Shown here piece after piece: positions 33,932-44,501 of a stretch of 64,000 nt of DNA. This DNA is from Spirochaetota bacterium (GTDB lineage Bacteria > Spirochaetota > UBA4802 > JAFGDQ01). A model generated the notes under the pieces. The model ran no database searches. It had not been told where the DNA came from and worked only from the letters and a program-made list of their open reading frames with translations. The DNA lies in NCBI GenBank assembly GCA_043803405.1, contig JAZDKB010000015.1, positions 96,001-160,000 of the forward strand, written 5' to 3'. The number at the start of each line of letters is the position of its first letter. The stretch's first letter is position 1. The position numbers and the translations under genes are program-made.

Positions 33932-34289
33932 GTTTAAATTGCCTTAAAAGTAAGCCGCTTTACCGGCTCAAAGCGCTCATTATATTGATTTACAATAATC
34001 CGTCAATACAAAACTGTTATAATTATCAGACATAATACAAACAGAGGCTAATATTAAAAATCCAGTCCATCTGGTCAATTATTTATTAAGGCTGATTTTT
34101 TATGCCCGGGGCAATAAACTTTGAAAAATTTTACAACTCATCACAATATAAAGTTTTATAAAGATCAGTAAACAACTTTCTAATTTGAAATCAGACAATA
34201 TTTTTACTTTACTTGACAAATAATGAATCCGAAGTATAAAATATTCGGGTTACATTTTATCATTATTACTAACATTCCGGAGATTTAAT

Positions 34290-35069
34290 ATGATGTATAA
34301 GACTGGTTTGAAAATTGCCGCATGTTTTGTTATATTTATTTTTATTAGTTGTTCTTCCGAGACATCACATCTCAGAAAAATCCCAAGGGAAAAACGCAAG
34401 GGACTTGTAGTATTGAACTTTAAGAACAACACTCCCAAAAGCCGCGCATCGGAATACGAACCGTGGGAGTTCGGGATTGCCTCAATGATAATGACCGATA
34501 TTGAAACAATCGGCATGTTCAATATAATCAGCAAGGAGCGCCTTTCAGATGTAATGAAAGAACAGGAATTCCAGATGAGCGGTGCAGTTCAGGCTAAAGA
34601 TATGGTTGAAATTGGAAAGATTACAGGCGCAAAATACATACTTACAGGTTCCTTCATGGAAATGAACGGCGCGTTAAGACTGGAATCACAGGTGTTCTCC
34701 GTCGAGAAAGGAGCGCAGCTGGGTACTGCAGCAGTGAACGGAGCTACAAACAAGTTTTTTGATTTGGAGAAGGATATAGTAACGAAGATATCCGTGTTCC
34801 TTGACGCAATGCTGAGTGAGAACGAGCAGAAAGCAATTGCTTCCAAGGTTGATACAAAATCGGTTGAAGCATCGCTCAATAACTACAGCGGTGAAATTGC
34901 CTTTATGGAAGCAAAGACACTGAAAAAAGAAGGAAAGGAAGCGGAGGCCAAGCAGGCAATAAAAGAAGCAAAACAGAACTTTCAGAAAGCCGTTGCACTT
35001 GACCCGGCTTATGAAAAAGCAAAGAAGAACCTGTCAAGAGTGTCGCTCGCTATACCGGTTCAGTTATAA
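34290..35069 (+). CDS. CsgG/TolB-N-like lipoprotein with C-terminal TPR
   Basis: Lipobox FISC; VVLNFKN, EIGKITGAKYILTGS; FQKAVALDPAY; TTGACA-16-TATAAA upstream at 34213-34240. Confidence 0.8.
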   Translation: MMYKTGLKIAACFVIFIFISCSSETSHLRKIPREKRKGLVVLNFKNNTPKSRASEYEPWEFGIASMIMTDIETIGMFNIISKERLSDVMKEQEFQMSGAVQAKDMVEIGKITGAKYILTGSFMEMNGALRLESQVFSVEKGAQLGTAAVNGATNKFFDLEKDIVTKISVFLDAMLSENEQKAIASKVDTKSVEASLNNYSGEIAFMEAKTLKKEGKEAEAKQAIKEAKQNFQKAVALDPAYEKAKKNLSRVSLAIPVQL

Positions 35070-35093
35070 TTAGCAGCTTATATTAGTCACAAT

Positions 35094-35138
35094 AAAAAAA
35101 CAGCCCGCGTCTCAATAGAGTGCGGGCTATTTGTTTTT
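35094..35138. terminator. Bidirectional intrinsic terminator
   Basis: A-tract, AGCCCGC..GCGGGCT stem, T-tract, between convergent genes. Confidence 0.8.
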
Positions 35139-35165
35139 ATAGAAATGCCTGTTTGCTTTTTGATA

Positions 35166-36119
35166 CTAAAATGGCTGTAAAACACTTACGAAAACTCCGT
35201 ATAAATAATCATTATTCCACTTGTCATTTAAATCGGAACCTGCGGCCGGGTTAAGAAAACGAACCTGTGTCCACTGGAACCTTAAACCTACGGTAAAGAT
35301 CGGCAAACCCTCGCCCATACTGGCTCCTATTGACGGCTCAAAATTTATTCCGCGCGTGCGCAGGTTAAATTTCTCATTATTACCATTGTCATGTTTAGTA
35401 GGAGTTAGATCATTACTATCATAAGAATAAGAGTCACTATCCATATCCATTTTTCCCCACATATAAAGAAAAGAAAGATTGGATGCAAAGAAGAATCTTT
35501 CTCCGACAGGTGCAGAAAGTCCAAGACCCAGTGCCGGCCCGTTATATGGCATTTTGATTTTGTTTTTTCCTACAATTGATATTAGCCTAGAACTTCCATT
35601 AAACCGTCTGAATGATACATTTTCTATTGTTATTCTTAGATATTGATATTTATAACCAGCAAATATTTTAAAATTATCCGTAATACGATAGCTTAAAGCC
35701 CCGTCCAGATCCAGACGCTTAACATTAAATGAATGATGGCCTGTACGGTATTCGGAACCTCCCGAGTATGGAGCATCTTCCTCCATCCAATGCGAGGATT
35801 GCTTACCATAAAGACCTGATAAAGAGAAAGAAAAATCCTGAGAAAACATTACGCTTAAAACAGGGCCATATAGTACTCCGTCTCCATTCTTCATTTCTTC
35901 AAACTCTGATACTCCTATATCCTTTAAATACGGATCCCATATAAAGTATCCGCCTTTTGCTCCGACTATGTAATCCAGCGCGGAAGCAGGCTGCGCGAAA
36001 CCCGATATAATCCCAAGGCTCATAAATAAAACGCACAATATGAGTTTTGCTCTTTTAATTATTAAAGCTGCCGGGCGGAAAATACTTATGGTCTTTGAAA
36101 CTGTCTCTGAATTCTTCAT
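35166..36119 (-). CDS. Probable outer-membrane beta-barrel protein
   Basis: Signal peptide ending ASA, alternating amphipathic strands, terminal Phe; GAGGAG before ATG 36119. Confidence 0.7.
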   Translation of the reverse strand: MKNSETVSKTISIFRPAALIIKRAKLILCVLFMSLGIISGFAQPASALDYIVGAKGGYFIWDPYLKDIGVSEFEEMKNGDGVLYGPVLSVMFSQDFSFSLSGLYGKQSSHWMEEDAPYSGGSEYRTGHHSFNVKRLDLDGALSYRITDNFKIFAGYKYQYLRITIENVSFRRFNGSSRLISIVGKNKIKMPYNGPALGLGLSAPVGERFFFASNLSFLYMWGKMDMDSDSYSYDSNDLTPTKHDNGNNEKFNLRTRGINFEPSIGASMGEGLPIFTVGLRFQWTQVRFLNPAAGSDLNDKWNNDYLYGVFVSVLQPF

Positions 36120-36355
36120 ACACTCCTCTTTTATTTTTTTTAAGATTATTTTTTTTAAAACAAATATCATACTGATTAAGCAAAACATAATTCTTGCAAT
36201 TATCATTAACAGATTTTTACTAAAAGTCAATTGCATTTTAAACAGCATGTTTATACATGTTATTATTATCGATATCCGGTAAAAATCATTGATATATTTT
36301 TATGTATTATTTATATTCCCAATGACTCTGACATTCACAAGGCATCATTAACAAC

Positions 36356-38305
36356 ATGGGCATAGCAGAAGATCTCATAATCATCATCCTTGTAGGCCTG
36401 TTCGCAGGATTAATCGCGAACAAGATAAAAATCCCGCCGATAATCGGATACATAATCGCAGGTATAATAATCGGGCCGTACACCGGCAGCGTCGGCGTAT
36501 CGGACATACCCCGCATTGAACTGCTGGCCGAGATAGGCGTCGCGCTCCTTCTCTTCTCGATAGGGCTTGATTTCTCGTTCAAAGAACTGAAAGAAGTCAA
36601 GGCAGTGGCGTTTATCGGCACACCTATACAAATATTATTGTTAATAGCATACGGCCTGCTGATCGGCCGCTTTTTCAACATGCCGTGGAACGTGTCGCTT
36701 GTATTCGGGATGATAATTTCGCTCTCGAGCACTATGGTTGTGCTGAAAACACTCATGAACAGGGGGCTAATCGGGACACTTTCGAGCAAGGTAATGATAG
36801 GCATTTTAATCATGCAGGACCTCGCGGCCATACCTTTAATGCTCGTTATCCCGAAGCTCAACGATATTAGCAGCAACCTCGTTCCGCTGGCTCTCACTTT
36901 AGTAAAGGCGCTCGTTCTGTTATCCGCGATAATATTCATCGGGATACGCATCATACCCTGGTTCCTGAAGAACGTTGCAAAGCTGAACTCAAGAGAACTG
37001 TTCCTTATAACGGTCACGGCAATAGGTCTCGGCGTTGGGTATCTCACGCATCTGTTCGGGCTTTCGCTCGCATTCGGCGCATTCGTTGCGGGCATGGTGA
37101 TCAACAATTCCGACTACAGCCACAAGGCGCTCAATGACATCATCCCGCTGCGCGACATTTTCGGGCTCATTTTCTTTACATCAATAGGAATGCTGCTGAA
37201 CCCGGTCTTCGTTTATAACAATATCTTTATTATATTAATTCTTGTGATACTTGTTATCGCAGGCAAGTTCATTGTGTTTTCCATGCTGAGCCTGGTATTT
37301 AAATATTTTAATATAATACCGCTCGCGCTCGGCTTCGGGCTTGCACAGGTCGGTGAATTTTCTTTTGTGCTCGCAAGGACAGGCCTTACAAACAAAATAA
37401 TTGATAATGATTTTTACTCTCTTGTACTCTCTGTCTCTGTTGTTACAATGATAATCTCACCCTTCTTATCATATCTGGCAGTGCCGGTTTACTCGATAAA
37501 AAAAAGATTGTTTAAACACGAACAGATTCAGACCGTAAATATTCCGGACACAGGGCTTAATAATCATATTGTAATTGCAGGAGGCGGACGCGTGGGTTTT
37601 GAGATCGCTTCGATGTTCCGCGAATCATGGTTCCCTTTCATCATACTCGAGCAGGATTTCCGGCGCTTTGAACAGGCAAAAGAGGCCGGTTTCCCTGTGA
37701 TATACGGGGACGCAGCGCAGGAGACCGTAATATCCGCTTCCAGAATAAAATCCGCGCGCCTGCTAATCATCACCATACCTTCTATTATGACTGCGCGCGA
37801 AATTGCAGCTTTGACTTTGCATTGTAATCCTAAGATAAAAATAATAGCAAGGGCTGATAACATTTCGGCAGTAGAAGAATTTTATAGCATGAACATTTTC
37901 GACGTAGTACAGCCCGAATTCGAGGCAAGCCTTGAAATAATAAGACAATCGCTGCTTTATCTAGATATACCGTTTACAGCAATATATAATTACACAGATA
38001 AAATCAGGCGCGAAAGATATGCATCCAGTCCTGCTCTGGATATCCAGCATTCGCTTTTATCAAACATTAAGAACACTCCCTTTCTGCTCGAAATAAGCTG
38101 GATAGAAGTCCGCAGCAAAAGTTCGATCTCCGGAAAATCGATGAGCGAAGCCGGAATAAGAGCAAAGACAGGCGTATCCGTAGTAGGCATTCTAAGACAG
38201 AATGAATTCCTTCCCAATCCGGACGCCGGCTTTATCTTCCGTACAGGAGATTACGTGGCTGTAATAGGCCTGCCAGAAGATATTAAACGGTTTAAGGAAT
38301 TGTAA
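36356..38305 (+). CDS. CPA2 cation:proton antiporter with TrkA-N and TrkA-C domains
   Basis: AEIGVALLLFSIG, LSSTMVV, QDL, AQVGEFSF; GGGRVG, YGDA, RCK-C tail. Confidence 0.93.
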   Translation: MGIAEDLIIIILVGLFAGLIANKIKIPPIIGYIIAGIIIGPYTGSVGVSDIPRIELLAEIGVALLLFSIGLDFSFKELKEVKAVAFIGTPIQILLLIAYGLLIGRFFNMPWNVSLVFGMIISLSSTMVVLKTLMNRGLIGTLSSKVMIGILIMQDLAAIPLMLVIPKLNDISSNLVPLALTLVKALVLLSAIIFIGIRIIPWFLKNVAKLNSRELFLITVTAIGLGVGYLTHLFGLSLAFGAFVAGMVINNSDYSHKALNDIIPLRDIFGLIFFTSIGMLLNPVFVYNNIFIILILVILVIAGKFIVFSMLSLVFKYFNIIPLALGFGLAQVGEFSFVLARTGLTNKIIDNDFYSLVLSVSVVTMIISPFLSYLAVPVYSIKKRLFKHEQIQTVNIPDTGLNNHIVIAGGGRVGFEIASMFRESWFPFIILEQDFRRFEQAKEAGFPVIYGDAAQETVISASRIKSARLLIITIPSIMTAREIAALTLHCNPKIKIIARADNISAVEEFYSMNIFDVVQPEFEASLEIIRQSLLYLDIPFTAIYNYTDKIRRERYASSPALDIQHSLLSNIKNTPFLLEISWIEVRSKSSISGKSMSEAGIRAKTGVSVVGILRQNEFLPNPDAGFIFRTGDYVAVIGLPEDIKRFKEL

Positions 38306-38516
38306 GCAAAATAATTTGACTTCCCCGTCAAAACACTTTATTATTAGTTTTGCAACAAGTCAATTGTCTTGAATTACTTTATTATAATAGGTTTTGGGAC
38401 GCATTCTTTACAAAAGATAAATATATTAATTATTTTATAATTTAACGCTTACATAAAACATTCTGCTAATATAAACTCTTCCGGAAAACACACTGGTCTT
38501 TTTTACAAATTAGCAA

Positions 38517-38553
38517 TTGACTTTTTCTAACTGGTTTAATATACTGGTTTAAT
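38517..38553 (+). promoter_or_regulatory. TA promoter with direct-repeat operator
   Basis: TTGACT-17-TATACT; ACTGGTTTAAT at 38530 and 38543. Confidence 0.7.
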
Positions 38554-38806
38554 GAAGAATAGAAGTAAAACAATCGGTTCCTTCAACGCAAAAACACATC
38601 TTGCACATATGCTTGCCGAGGTACAGGACGGTGTTGACTTTATTATCACGAAACGCGGCAAACCGGTTGCAAAACTGATAAAGCATACTGACGTTAAAGA
38701 TTACATTAAATTGACTGATATTATTTGCGAATTCGATGAGATCAGGAATTCCGTAAAAGGAAAAGTGAATATTAACCGGTATATAAACGAAGGCAGAAAG
38801 CATTAA
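38552..38806 (+). CDS. Phd/YefM family antitoxin
   Basis: AKTHLAHML..V..G..FIITKRGKPVAKL. Confidence 0.92.
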   Translation: MKNRSKTIGSFNAKTHLAHMLAEVQDGVDFIITKRGKPVAKLIKHTDVKDYIKLTDIICEFDEIRNSVKGKVNINRYINEGRKH

Positions 38807-39207
38807 TGAAATTCGTTATTGATTGCTCTTTTTCCTCAGCTCTGTTTCTCCCGGATGAAAAATCTGATTCTATCCGCACTTTTTTTATTAACCTTAAGGA
38901 TTCAGATCAAATTTATATACCGTTGCTATGGTGGTATGAATCAATAAATGTATTAAATGTTTCCCTTAAAAGAAAAAGATTGAATTTCAACGCAATATCG
39001 AAAATAATTGAATTATTTGATAAAATGCCGATTGAAACGGACATAAGCTACGGATCGCACTATTCTAAAAATATATTCGAATTAACTCAATTATATAAAA
39101 TATCCGCTTACGATGCGGCTTATATAGAACTGGCTGTGAGAAAAAAAGCTAAATTGATGACCCTGGATAAAGATTTAATAAAGGCATCTGAAATTGTCGG
39201 AGTATAG
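38806..39207 (+). CDS. vapC: VapC PIN-domain toxin
   Basis: FVIDCS, SAYDAAYIELA, LMTLD; TAATG overlap with the antitoxin. Confidence 0.9.
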   Translation: MKFVIDCSFSSALFLPDEKSDSIRTFFINLKDSDQIYIPLLWWYESINVLNVSLKRKRLNFNAISKIIELFDKMPIETDISYGSHYSKNIFELTQLYKISAYDAAYIELAVRKKAKLMTLDKDLIKASEIVGV

Positions 39208-39268
39208 TATTTTATTATTTAGTTTAAATGATTATACTTAACCATTTACAAATTATTAAGGAAAACGA

Positions 39269-40924
39269 ATGCTTACATTAAAAAAATCCGGAAAATTCCA
39301 GCCGAGAAAAGGACCATTGCTTCTTATAATTATGGACGGCATTGGCATAGGGAAAGAAAACGATGGCAATGCGAGATACCTTTCCAGAATGCCCAATCTC
39401 AACAGGCTGATGAAGAACTGCATGTTCACTGAACTTAAGGCGCACGGGAAAGCTGTAGGGCTTCCGAGCGACGCGGACATGGGCAATTCGGAGGTAGGAC
39501 ACAACGCGCTCGGAGCAGGCAGGGTGTTCGATCAGGGCGCAAAGCTGGTTTCCGGCGCAATTGAGAACGGGAGCATCTTTGCTACAGAAACATGGAAAAA
39601 ATTAATTGCAAAACCGATATCCGTAAACAGGCAGCTTCACTTAATAGGCCTGCTGTCGGACGGCAATGTCCACTCGCATATAGACCATTTGTTTAAACTT
39701 GTCTCGGCAGCATCTAAAGAAGGAGTAAAGACAGTAAAACTGCACATACTTCTGGACGGCAGGGACGTCCCGGAAACCTCCGCACTTCTGTATGTCGATA
39801 AGCTGGAAGAATTTCTTAAAGGATTTCGGGATAAAGGACTCGATTACAGAATAGCTTCCGGCGGCGGGAGGATGGTAACGACAATGGACAGGTACGAAGC
39901 CGACTGGACAATAGTAAAGCGGGGATGGGAGGCGCATGTACTCGGAAAAGCAAGGGCATTTGCGTCTGCTAAAGAAGCGATCGAAACGTTCAGAAAAGAA
40001 ATCAAAGGAATAACGGATCAGTACCTGCCCTCTTTTATAATCGCAGATAATAAAGGCCCAATCGGTAAAATAGAAGACGGCGATTCAGTTATCTTTTTTA
40101 ATTTTCGCGGCGACAGAGCGATTGAGATCACCAAAGCATTTGAAGAAAAGAACTTCGATAAATTTGACAGAGTGAAATATCCCGATATTGTCTATGCAGG
40201 TATGATGGAATACGACGGCGATCTCAAAATACCGAAAAATTATCTTGTTATACCGCCTGCAATAGATAAAACCATAAGCGAATACCTTGTGCATTCCGGA
40301 ATAAAACAGTACGCAATATCCGAAACGCAAAAGTTCGGACATGTCACTTATTTCTGGAACGGGAACAGGAGCGGAAAATTCGACGATAATATGGAAACAT
40401 ATTTCGAAGTGCCTTCGGATAAAGTCGAGTTCGACCAGCGTCCGTGGATGAAAGCAGAAGAAATAACTGTTAAAACAATCGAAGCAATAAGAAGCGGTGA
40501 ATTCGGTTTCTTAAGGCTTAACTTTGCAAACGGAGACATGGTCGGACATACAGGCAATCTGGAAGCTGCAGTAATCGCGGCCGAGGTTGTGGATATCAGC
40601 ATTGGAAGGCTGCTTAAAACAATGTCGGAATTGCACGGGATTACTTTAATTACTGCGGATCACGGCAATCTTGATGAAATGTTCGAATTAGATAAAAACG
40701 GAAAATTCGAAACCGATAAAACCTCAGGAGAATATAAAAAGAAAACATCGCACACATTAAATACAGTGCCGTTTATTATATGTGACCCGGATTTTAAAGA
40801 CGAATATTATATAAATAAAAATATTAAAAACCCCGGACTCGGTAATGTCGCTTCAACGATTCTGGATTTGCTCGGTTTTGAAAAGCCGGCAGAATATTTA
40901 CCTTCGCTAATCGGGTTTAAATGA
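39269..40924 (+). CDS. gpmI: 2,3-bisphosphoglycerate-independent phosphoglycerate mutase
   Basis: MGNSEVGH, LSDGNVHSH, DGRD, NGDMVGHTG, TADHGN. Confidence 0.97.
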   Translation: MLTLKKSGKFQPRKGPLLLIIMDGIGIGKENDGNARYLSRMPNLNRLMKNCMFTELKAHGKAVGLPSDADMGNSEVGHNALGAGRVFDQGAKLVSGAIENGSIFATETWKKLIAKPISVNRQLHLIGLLSDGNVHSHIDHLFKLVSAASKEGVKTVKLHILLDGRDVPETSALLYVDKLEEFLKGFRDKGLDYRIASGGGRMVTTMDRYEADWTIVKRGWEAHVLGKARAFASAKEAIETFRKEIKGITDQYLPSFIIADNKGPIGKIEDGDSVIFFNFRGDRAIEITKAFEEKNFDKFDRVKYPDIVYAGMMEYDGDLKIPKNYLVIPPAIDKTISEYLVHSGIKQYAISETQKFGHVTYFWNGNRSGKFDDNMETYFEVPSDKVEFDQRPWMKAEEITVKTIEAIRSGEFGFLRLNFANGDMVGHTGNLEAAVIAAEVVDISIGRLLKTMSELHGITLITADHGNLDEMFELDKNGKFETDKTSGEYKKKTSHTLNTVPFIICDPDFKDEYYINKNIKNPGLGNVASTILDLLGFEKPAEYLPSLIGFK

Positions 40925-42375
40925 AAATTGCATTTATAAGCCCGGAAGTGTATCCATTTGCAAAGACAGGCGGCCTTGCCGACGTCTCATTCGCGCTCCC
41001 GAAGGCTCTTGCAAAAGCCGGACACGATATCCGCATAATAATGCCCGCATACAAATCCATAAACAAAAATCAATATCAGCTTAAACTCACTGCAGCGCCG
41101 CTGATAATAACAATAAACAAAGAAGATAAATATGCCGCAATCCTGGAATCCGATATAATCCCGAATGTCAAAACTTACTTTATCGATTACGAAAATTATT
41201 TCGCGAGGGATAGCCTTTACGGCGACAGCACGGCCGATTACAACGATAACGCTGAACGTTTTTCTTTTTTCGCAAAGGCGGCAATAGAAGGGCTGATAAA
41301 AATCGGATTCAAACCCGAAATTATTCACTGTAATGACTGGCAGACGGGGCTGATTCCTCTTTATTTGAAAACCATATTCATCAATAATCCCTGGTTTAAA
41401 AATACGGCTGTTATTATGAGTGTTCATAACGCAGGTTATCAGGGAATATTTAAGCAGGCCGATACGGTCCTAAACGAGCTAAATAATACCTGCTTTAATA
41501 TAGAGGATCTGAAACATCATAATGGAATAAGTTTTCTAAAAAGCGGAATCCTTAATTCTGACATCATAACCACTGTAAGTAAAAAATACGCGGAAGAGAT
41601 ACAGACGAAGGAATTCGGATTCGGCCTGGAAGATATATTCAAAAGCAAAAAAGAATGCCTGTATGGAATTCCGAATGCAGTTGATTATGAAATATGGAAT
41701 CCTGAAACGGATCGTTTTTTACCTCGCAATTATTCCATAAAAAATATATCGCTAAAGAAAATAACAAAACTTGAAATCCAGAAAAGAGTTGCCATTTTAC
41801 CTGATGAAAATATCCCGCTGCTCGGAACAATATCACGGCTTACGTTTCAAAAAGGCATGGATATCCTTGCCGATACTCTTGAAATTCTTTTTCAGGACGA
41901 AAAATTTCAGTTCATAATTTCGGGGACGGGTGACCGGAGAATATCAGAACGATTCGATAGACTTAAAAAAATGTTTCCGCGATCCATAGGCGTATTCTGG
42001 GGATACGAAGAAGAGCTTGAGCATCTTCTTCAGGCCGGACTCGACATATCCATAATACCTTCAAGGTACGAGCCATGCGGGCTTACGCAGATGTACAGCA
42101 TGAAATACGGAACCGTGCCTGTTGTAAGGGCTACCGGCGGCCTTGATGAACTTGTCGAAGAATGGGATGACAGGAGCAAAAAAGGCAATGGATTTAAATT
42201 TAAAAATCTTACTCAAGAAGAATTATATAATACCCTAAGAAAATCTATAAAACAATATAATGATAAATACAGCTGGGATATTCTTCAAAGAAACGGAATG
42301 AATTATAATTATACATGGGATGACGCAGTAAAAGAGTATGAAAAGATATATAAATCCGCAATTAAAAGCAGTTAA
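40921..42375 (+). CDS. glgA: Glycogen synthase
   Basis: KTGGLADV, HCNDWQTG, PSRYEPCGLTQM, TGGL. Confidence 0.96.
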   Translation: MKIAFISPEVYPFAKTGGLADVSFALPKALAKAGHDIRIIMPAYKSINKNQYQLKLTAAPLIITINKEDKYAAILESDIIPNVKTYFIDYENYFARDSLYGDSTADYNDNAERFSFFAKAAIEGLIKIGFKPEIIHCNDWQTGLIPLYLKTIFINNPWFKNTAVIMSVHNAGYQGIFKQADTVLNELNNTCFNIEDLKHHNGISFLKSGILNSDIITTVSKKYAEEIQTKEFGFGLEDIFKSKKECLYGIPNAVDYEIWNPETDRFLPRNYSIKNISLKKITKLEIQKRVAILPDENIPLLGTISRLTFQKGMDILADTLEILFQDEKFQFIISGTGDRRISERFDRLKKMFPRSIGVFWGYEEELEHLLQAGLDISIIPSRYEPCGLTQMYSMKYGTVPVVRATGGLDELVEEWDDRSKKGNGFKFKNLTQEELYNTLRKSIKQYNDKYSWDILQRNGMNYNYTWDDAVKEYEKIYKSAIKSS

Positions 42376-42508
42376 AAGTTAAGACCTCCGGTAACAAGCT
42401 AAAGATAAATTTTTTAACAAAATAAAAAAGGCTTGAAATTATTATATAATCTTTGCATATTGCTAATGTAATTATCAAATATACGGGTTTTAATTGTTTT
42501 TATGTTTT

Positions 42509-42539
42509 AAAAAGAGAGTGGCCACGCCACTCTCTTTTT
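42509..42539 (+). promoter_or_regulatory. rimP leader hairpin / attenuator-like terminator
   Basis: AAAAAGAGAGTGGC-CAC-GCCACTCTCTTTTT, 15 nt before the rimP ATG. Confidence 0.75.
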
Positions 42540-42554
42540 GCAAGTAAGCGATAT

Positions 42555-43004
42555 ATGGAATCCAAATTTAATCCGGAAAACATAGATAAAATTGTACGGG
42601 ATACTGCCCGCGATCTGAATTATATTATATATGAATCATCGGTTTTATACAGAGGAGAACAGTCGAAAATCTATGTTAAGATTGATCATCCTGAAGGAAT
42701 ATCAGTTAAAGATTGTACTGTCTATACAAAAGAATTAACCAAACGGCTGGACATTGAAAAAGTACTTCCGAACTATTCCCTGGAAGTTTCTTCACCCGGA
42801 TTAAAAAGAAAATTAAGGAGCATAGAAGAATTTATCCGGTTTATAGGGTCCCCGGCAAAACTAATTTACTCCTCGGAAGACGGGACAAAAGTTATTAAAG
42901 GAATAATAAATAATATTATTGACACAAAAGTTGAACTAAAATCAGATAATAAGGAATATATTATTGATTTTGAGAAAATTACTAAGGCTAATTTAGAATA
43001 TTAA
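42555..43004 (+). CDS. rimP: Ribosome maturation factor RimP
   Basis: LEVSSPGLKR; lies before nusA. Confidence 0.93.
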   Translation: MESKFNPENIDKIVRDTARDLNYIIYESSVLYRGEQSKIYVKIDHPEGISVKDCTVYTKELTKRLDIEKVLPNYSLEVSSPGLKRKLRSIEEFIRFIGSPAKLIYSSEDGTKVIKGIINNIIDTKVELKSDNKEYIIDFEKITKANLEY

Positions 43005-43016
43005 AGGTTGTTGAAA

Positions 43017-44420
43017 ATGAGTAAAAACTTCTTTGAGGCATTGCACCAAATAGCAAGCGACAAAGGCATTAACAGGGAAGCCATTGAAGAGATTGTCGAA
43101 TCTGCGATGCTGTCTGCATATAAAAAACAATACGGAACAATTGAGAATGTCAGAGTGACATTCAACAGGGACACTAACAAAGTTTCCGTTGTTTCACGGA
43201 GAATGGTTGTTAACAAGCCAAGGGACAGGGCGGAAGAAATCGGATACGAAGCGGCAAAAAAAATAAAACCGGACGTCCAGCTCGGTGATGAAATTGACGT
43301 GGAAGAAAATCCGTTTGAGTCATTCGGCAGGATCGCAGCACAGACCGCCAAGCAGGTAATAGTCCAGAAAATAAAAGAAGAAGAAAAAGGCATTGTATTC
43401 GGAGAATACAAAGACAAGGAAGGACAGCTTATTAATGGATATGTACAGAGAAAAGTAAAAGATGCGCTTTTTATTGATCTGGGTAAAACCGAGGGAGTGC
43501 TGCCTGCAAGAGAACAATCGCCGCTTGAGCATTTTAAAACCGGAGAAAGAATAAAAGCTGTGCTTCTAAGCGTTTCAAGAAATTCTAAAGGCCCGGCAAT
43601 CATTTTAAGCAGGGCACATCCTAAATTTGTTGAAAAGCTTTTTGAAATGGAAATACCGGAGATATATGACGGCATTGTAAAAATAGTATCGATAGTCAGA
43701 GAAGCCGGTTTCAGGACAAAAGTAGCCGTCACAAGCGAAAGGGATGATATTGATGCTGTGGGCGCCTGCGTCGGCATGAAAGGCGTCAGGATCCAATCGA
43801 TTGTAAGGGAACTCGAAGGCGAAAAAATCGATATTATCGACTACTCTACGGATAAACAAACTATGGCAGCTAACTCCTTAACACCTGCCAAACCTAAGGA
43901 AATTATCCGAACCAAGGATAACGGAGTTATTGCTATTGTCGAGGACGATCAGCTGAAACTCGCTATTGGAAGGGGCGGGCACAACGCCAGGCTGGCTTCA
44001 AAATTATGCGGATTTGATATTGACATAAAAACAGAAACCCAATATCACGAGCTATTGAGTTCAGGTGAATCCAGGGCGCTTGTGGATCAATTGTTTTCGG
44101 AAACACCGACAAATGAAACCTCGCTGGAAGAACTGCCAGGGCTTGAACCGAGAATTATTAAATTACTGGAAGCAGGCGGAGTATTCTCAATCGAAGATCT
44201 GGTTGAAATTTCATCGGAAGATTTATTGAAAATAGACGGCATAGGCAAAGTAACGGCTCAAAAAATACTGGATATATTAAGAGAATCCATTGACTTTGAT
44301 GAAGATGAAGCCAATGATAATGAAAATGATGAAGGTGAAGAAAGCGACGAAGAAACCAATACAGGAGAAAATAACGGCGAGGATAATAATACCGGGGATT
44401 CTGCTAATAAAAATGCTTAA
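43017..44420 (+). CDS. nusA: Transcription factor NusA
   Basis: FGRIAAQTAKQ, S1 and KH domains, VGACVGMKGVRI, HhH and acidic tail. Confidence 0.97.
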   Translation: MSKNFFEALHQIASDKGINREAIEEIVESAMLSAYKKQYGTIENVRVTFNRDTNKVSVVSRRMVVNKPRDRAEEIGYEAAKKIKPDVQLGDEIDVEENPFESFGRIAAQTAKQVIVQKIKEEEKGIVFGEYKDKEGQLINGYVQRKVKDALFIDLGKTEGVLPAREQSPLEHFKTGERIKAVLLSVSRNSKGPAIILSRAHPKFVEKLFEMEIPEIYDGIVKIVSIVREAGFRTKVAVTSERDDIDAVGACVGMKGVRIQSIVRELEGEKIDIIDYSTDKQTMAANSLTPAKPKEIIRTKDNGVIAIVEDDQLKLAIGRGGHNARLASKLCGFDIDIKTETQYHELLSSGESRALVDQLFSETPTNETSLEELPGLEPRIIKLLEAGGVFSIEDLVEISSEDLLKIDGIGKVTAQKILDILRESIDFDEDEANDNENDEGEESDEETNTGENNGEDNNTGDSANKNA

Positions 44421-44501
44421 CGGATAGCGACAAGACTTAAATTAAAGCTGATCGATATTAACTCAACAATAAAATCAATAAAATAATTTTTAAGGATTTA
44501 A

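Noticed and set aside
34100..34117. TGCCC-G-GGGCA palindrome as a glp operator
   Set aside because: Single short instance, no regulator gene, no second copy seen
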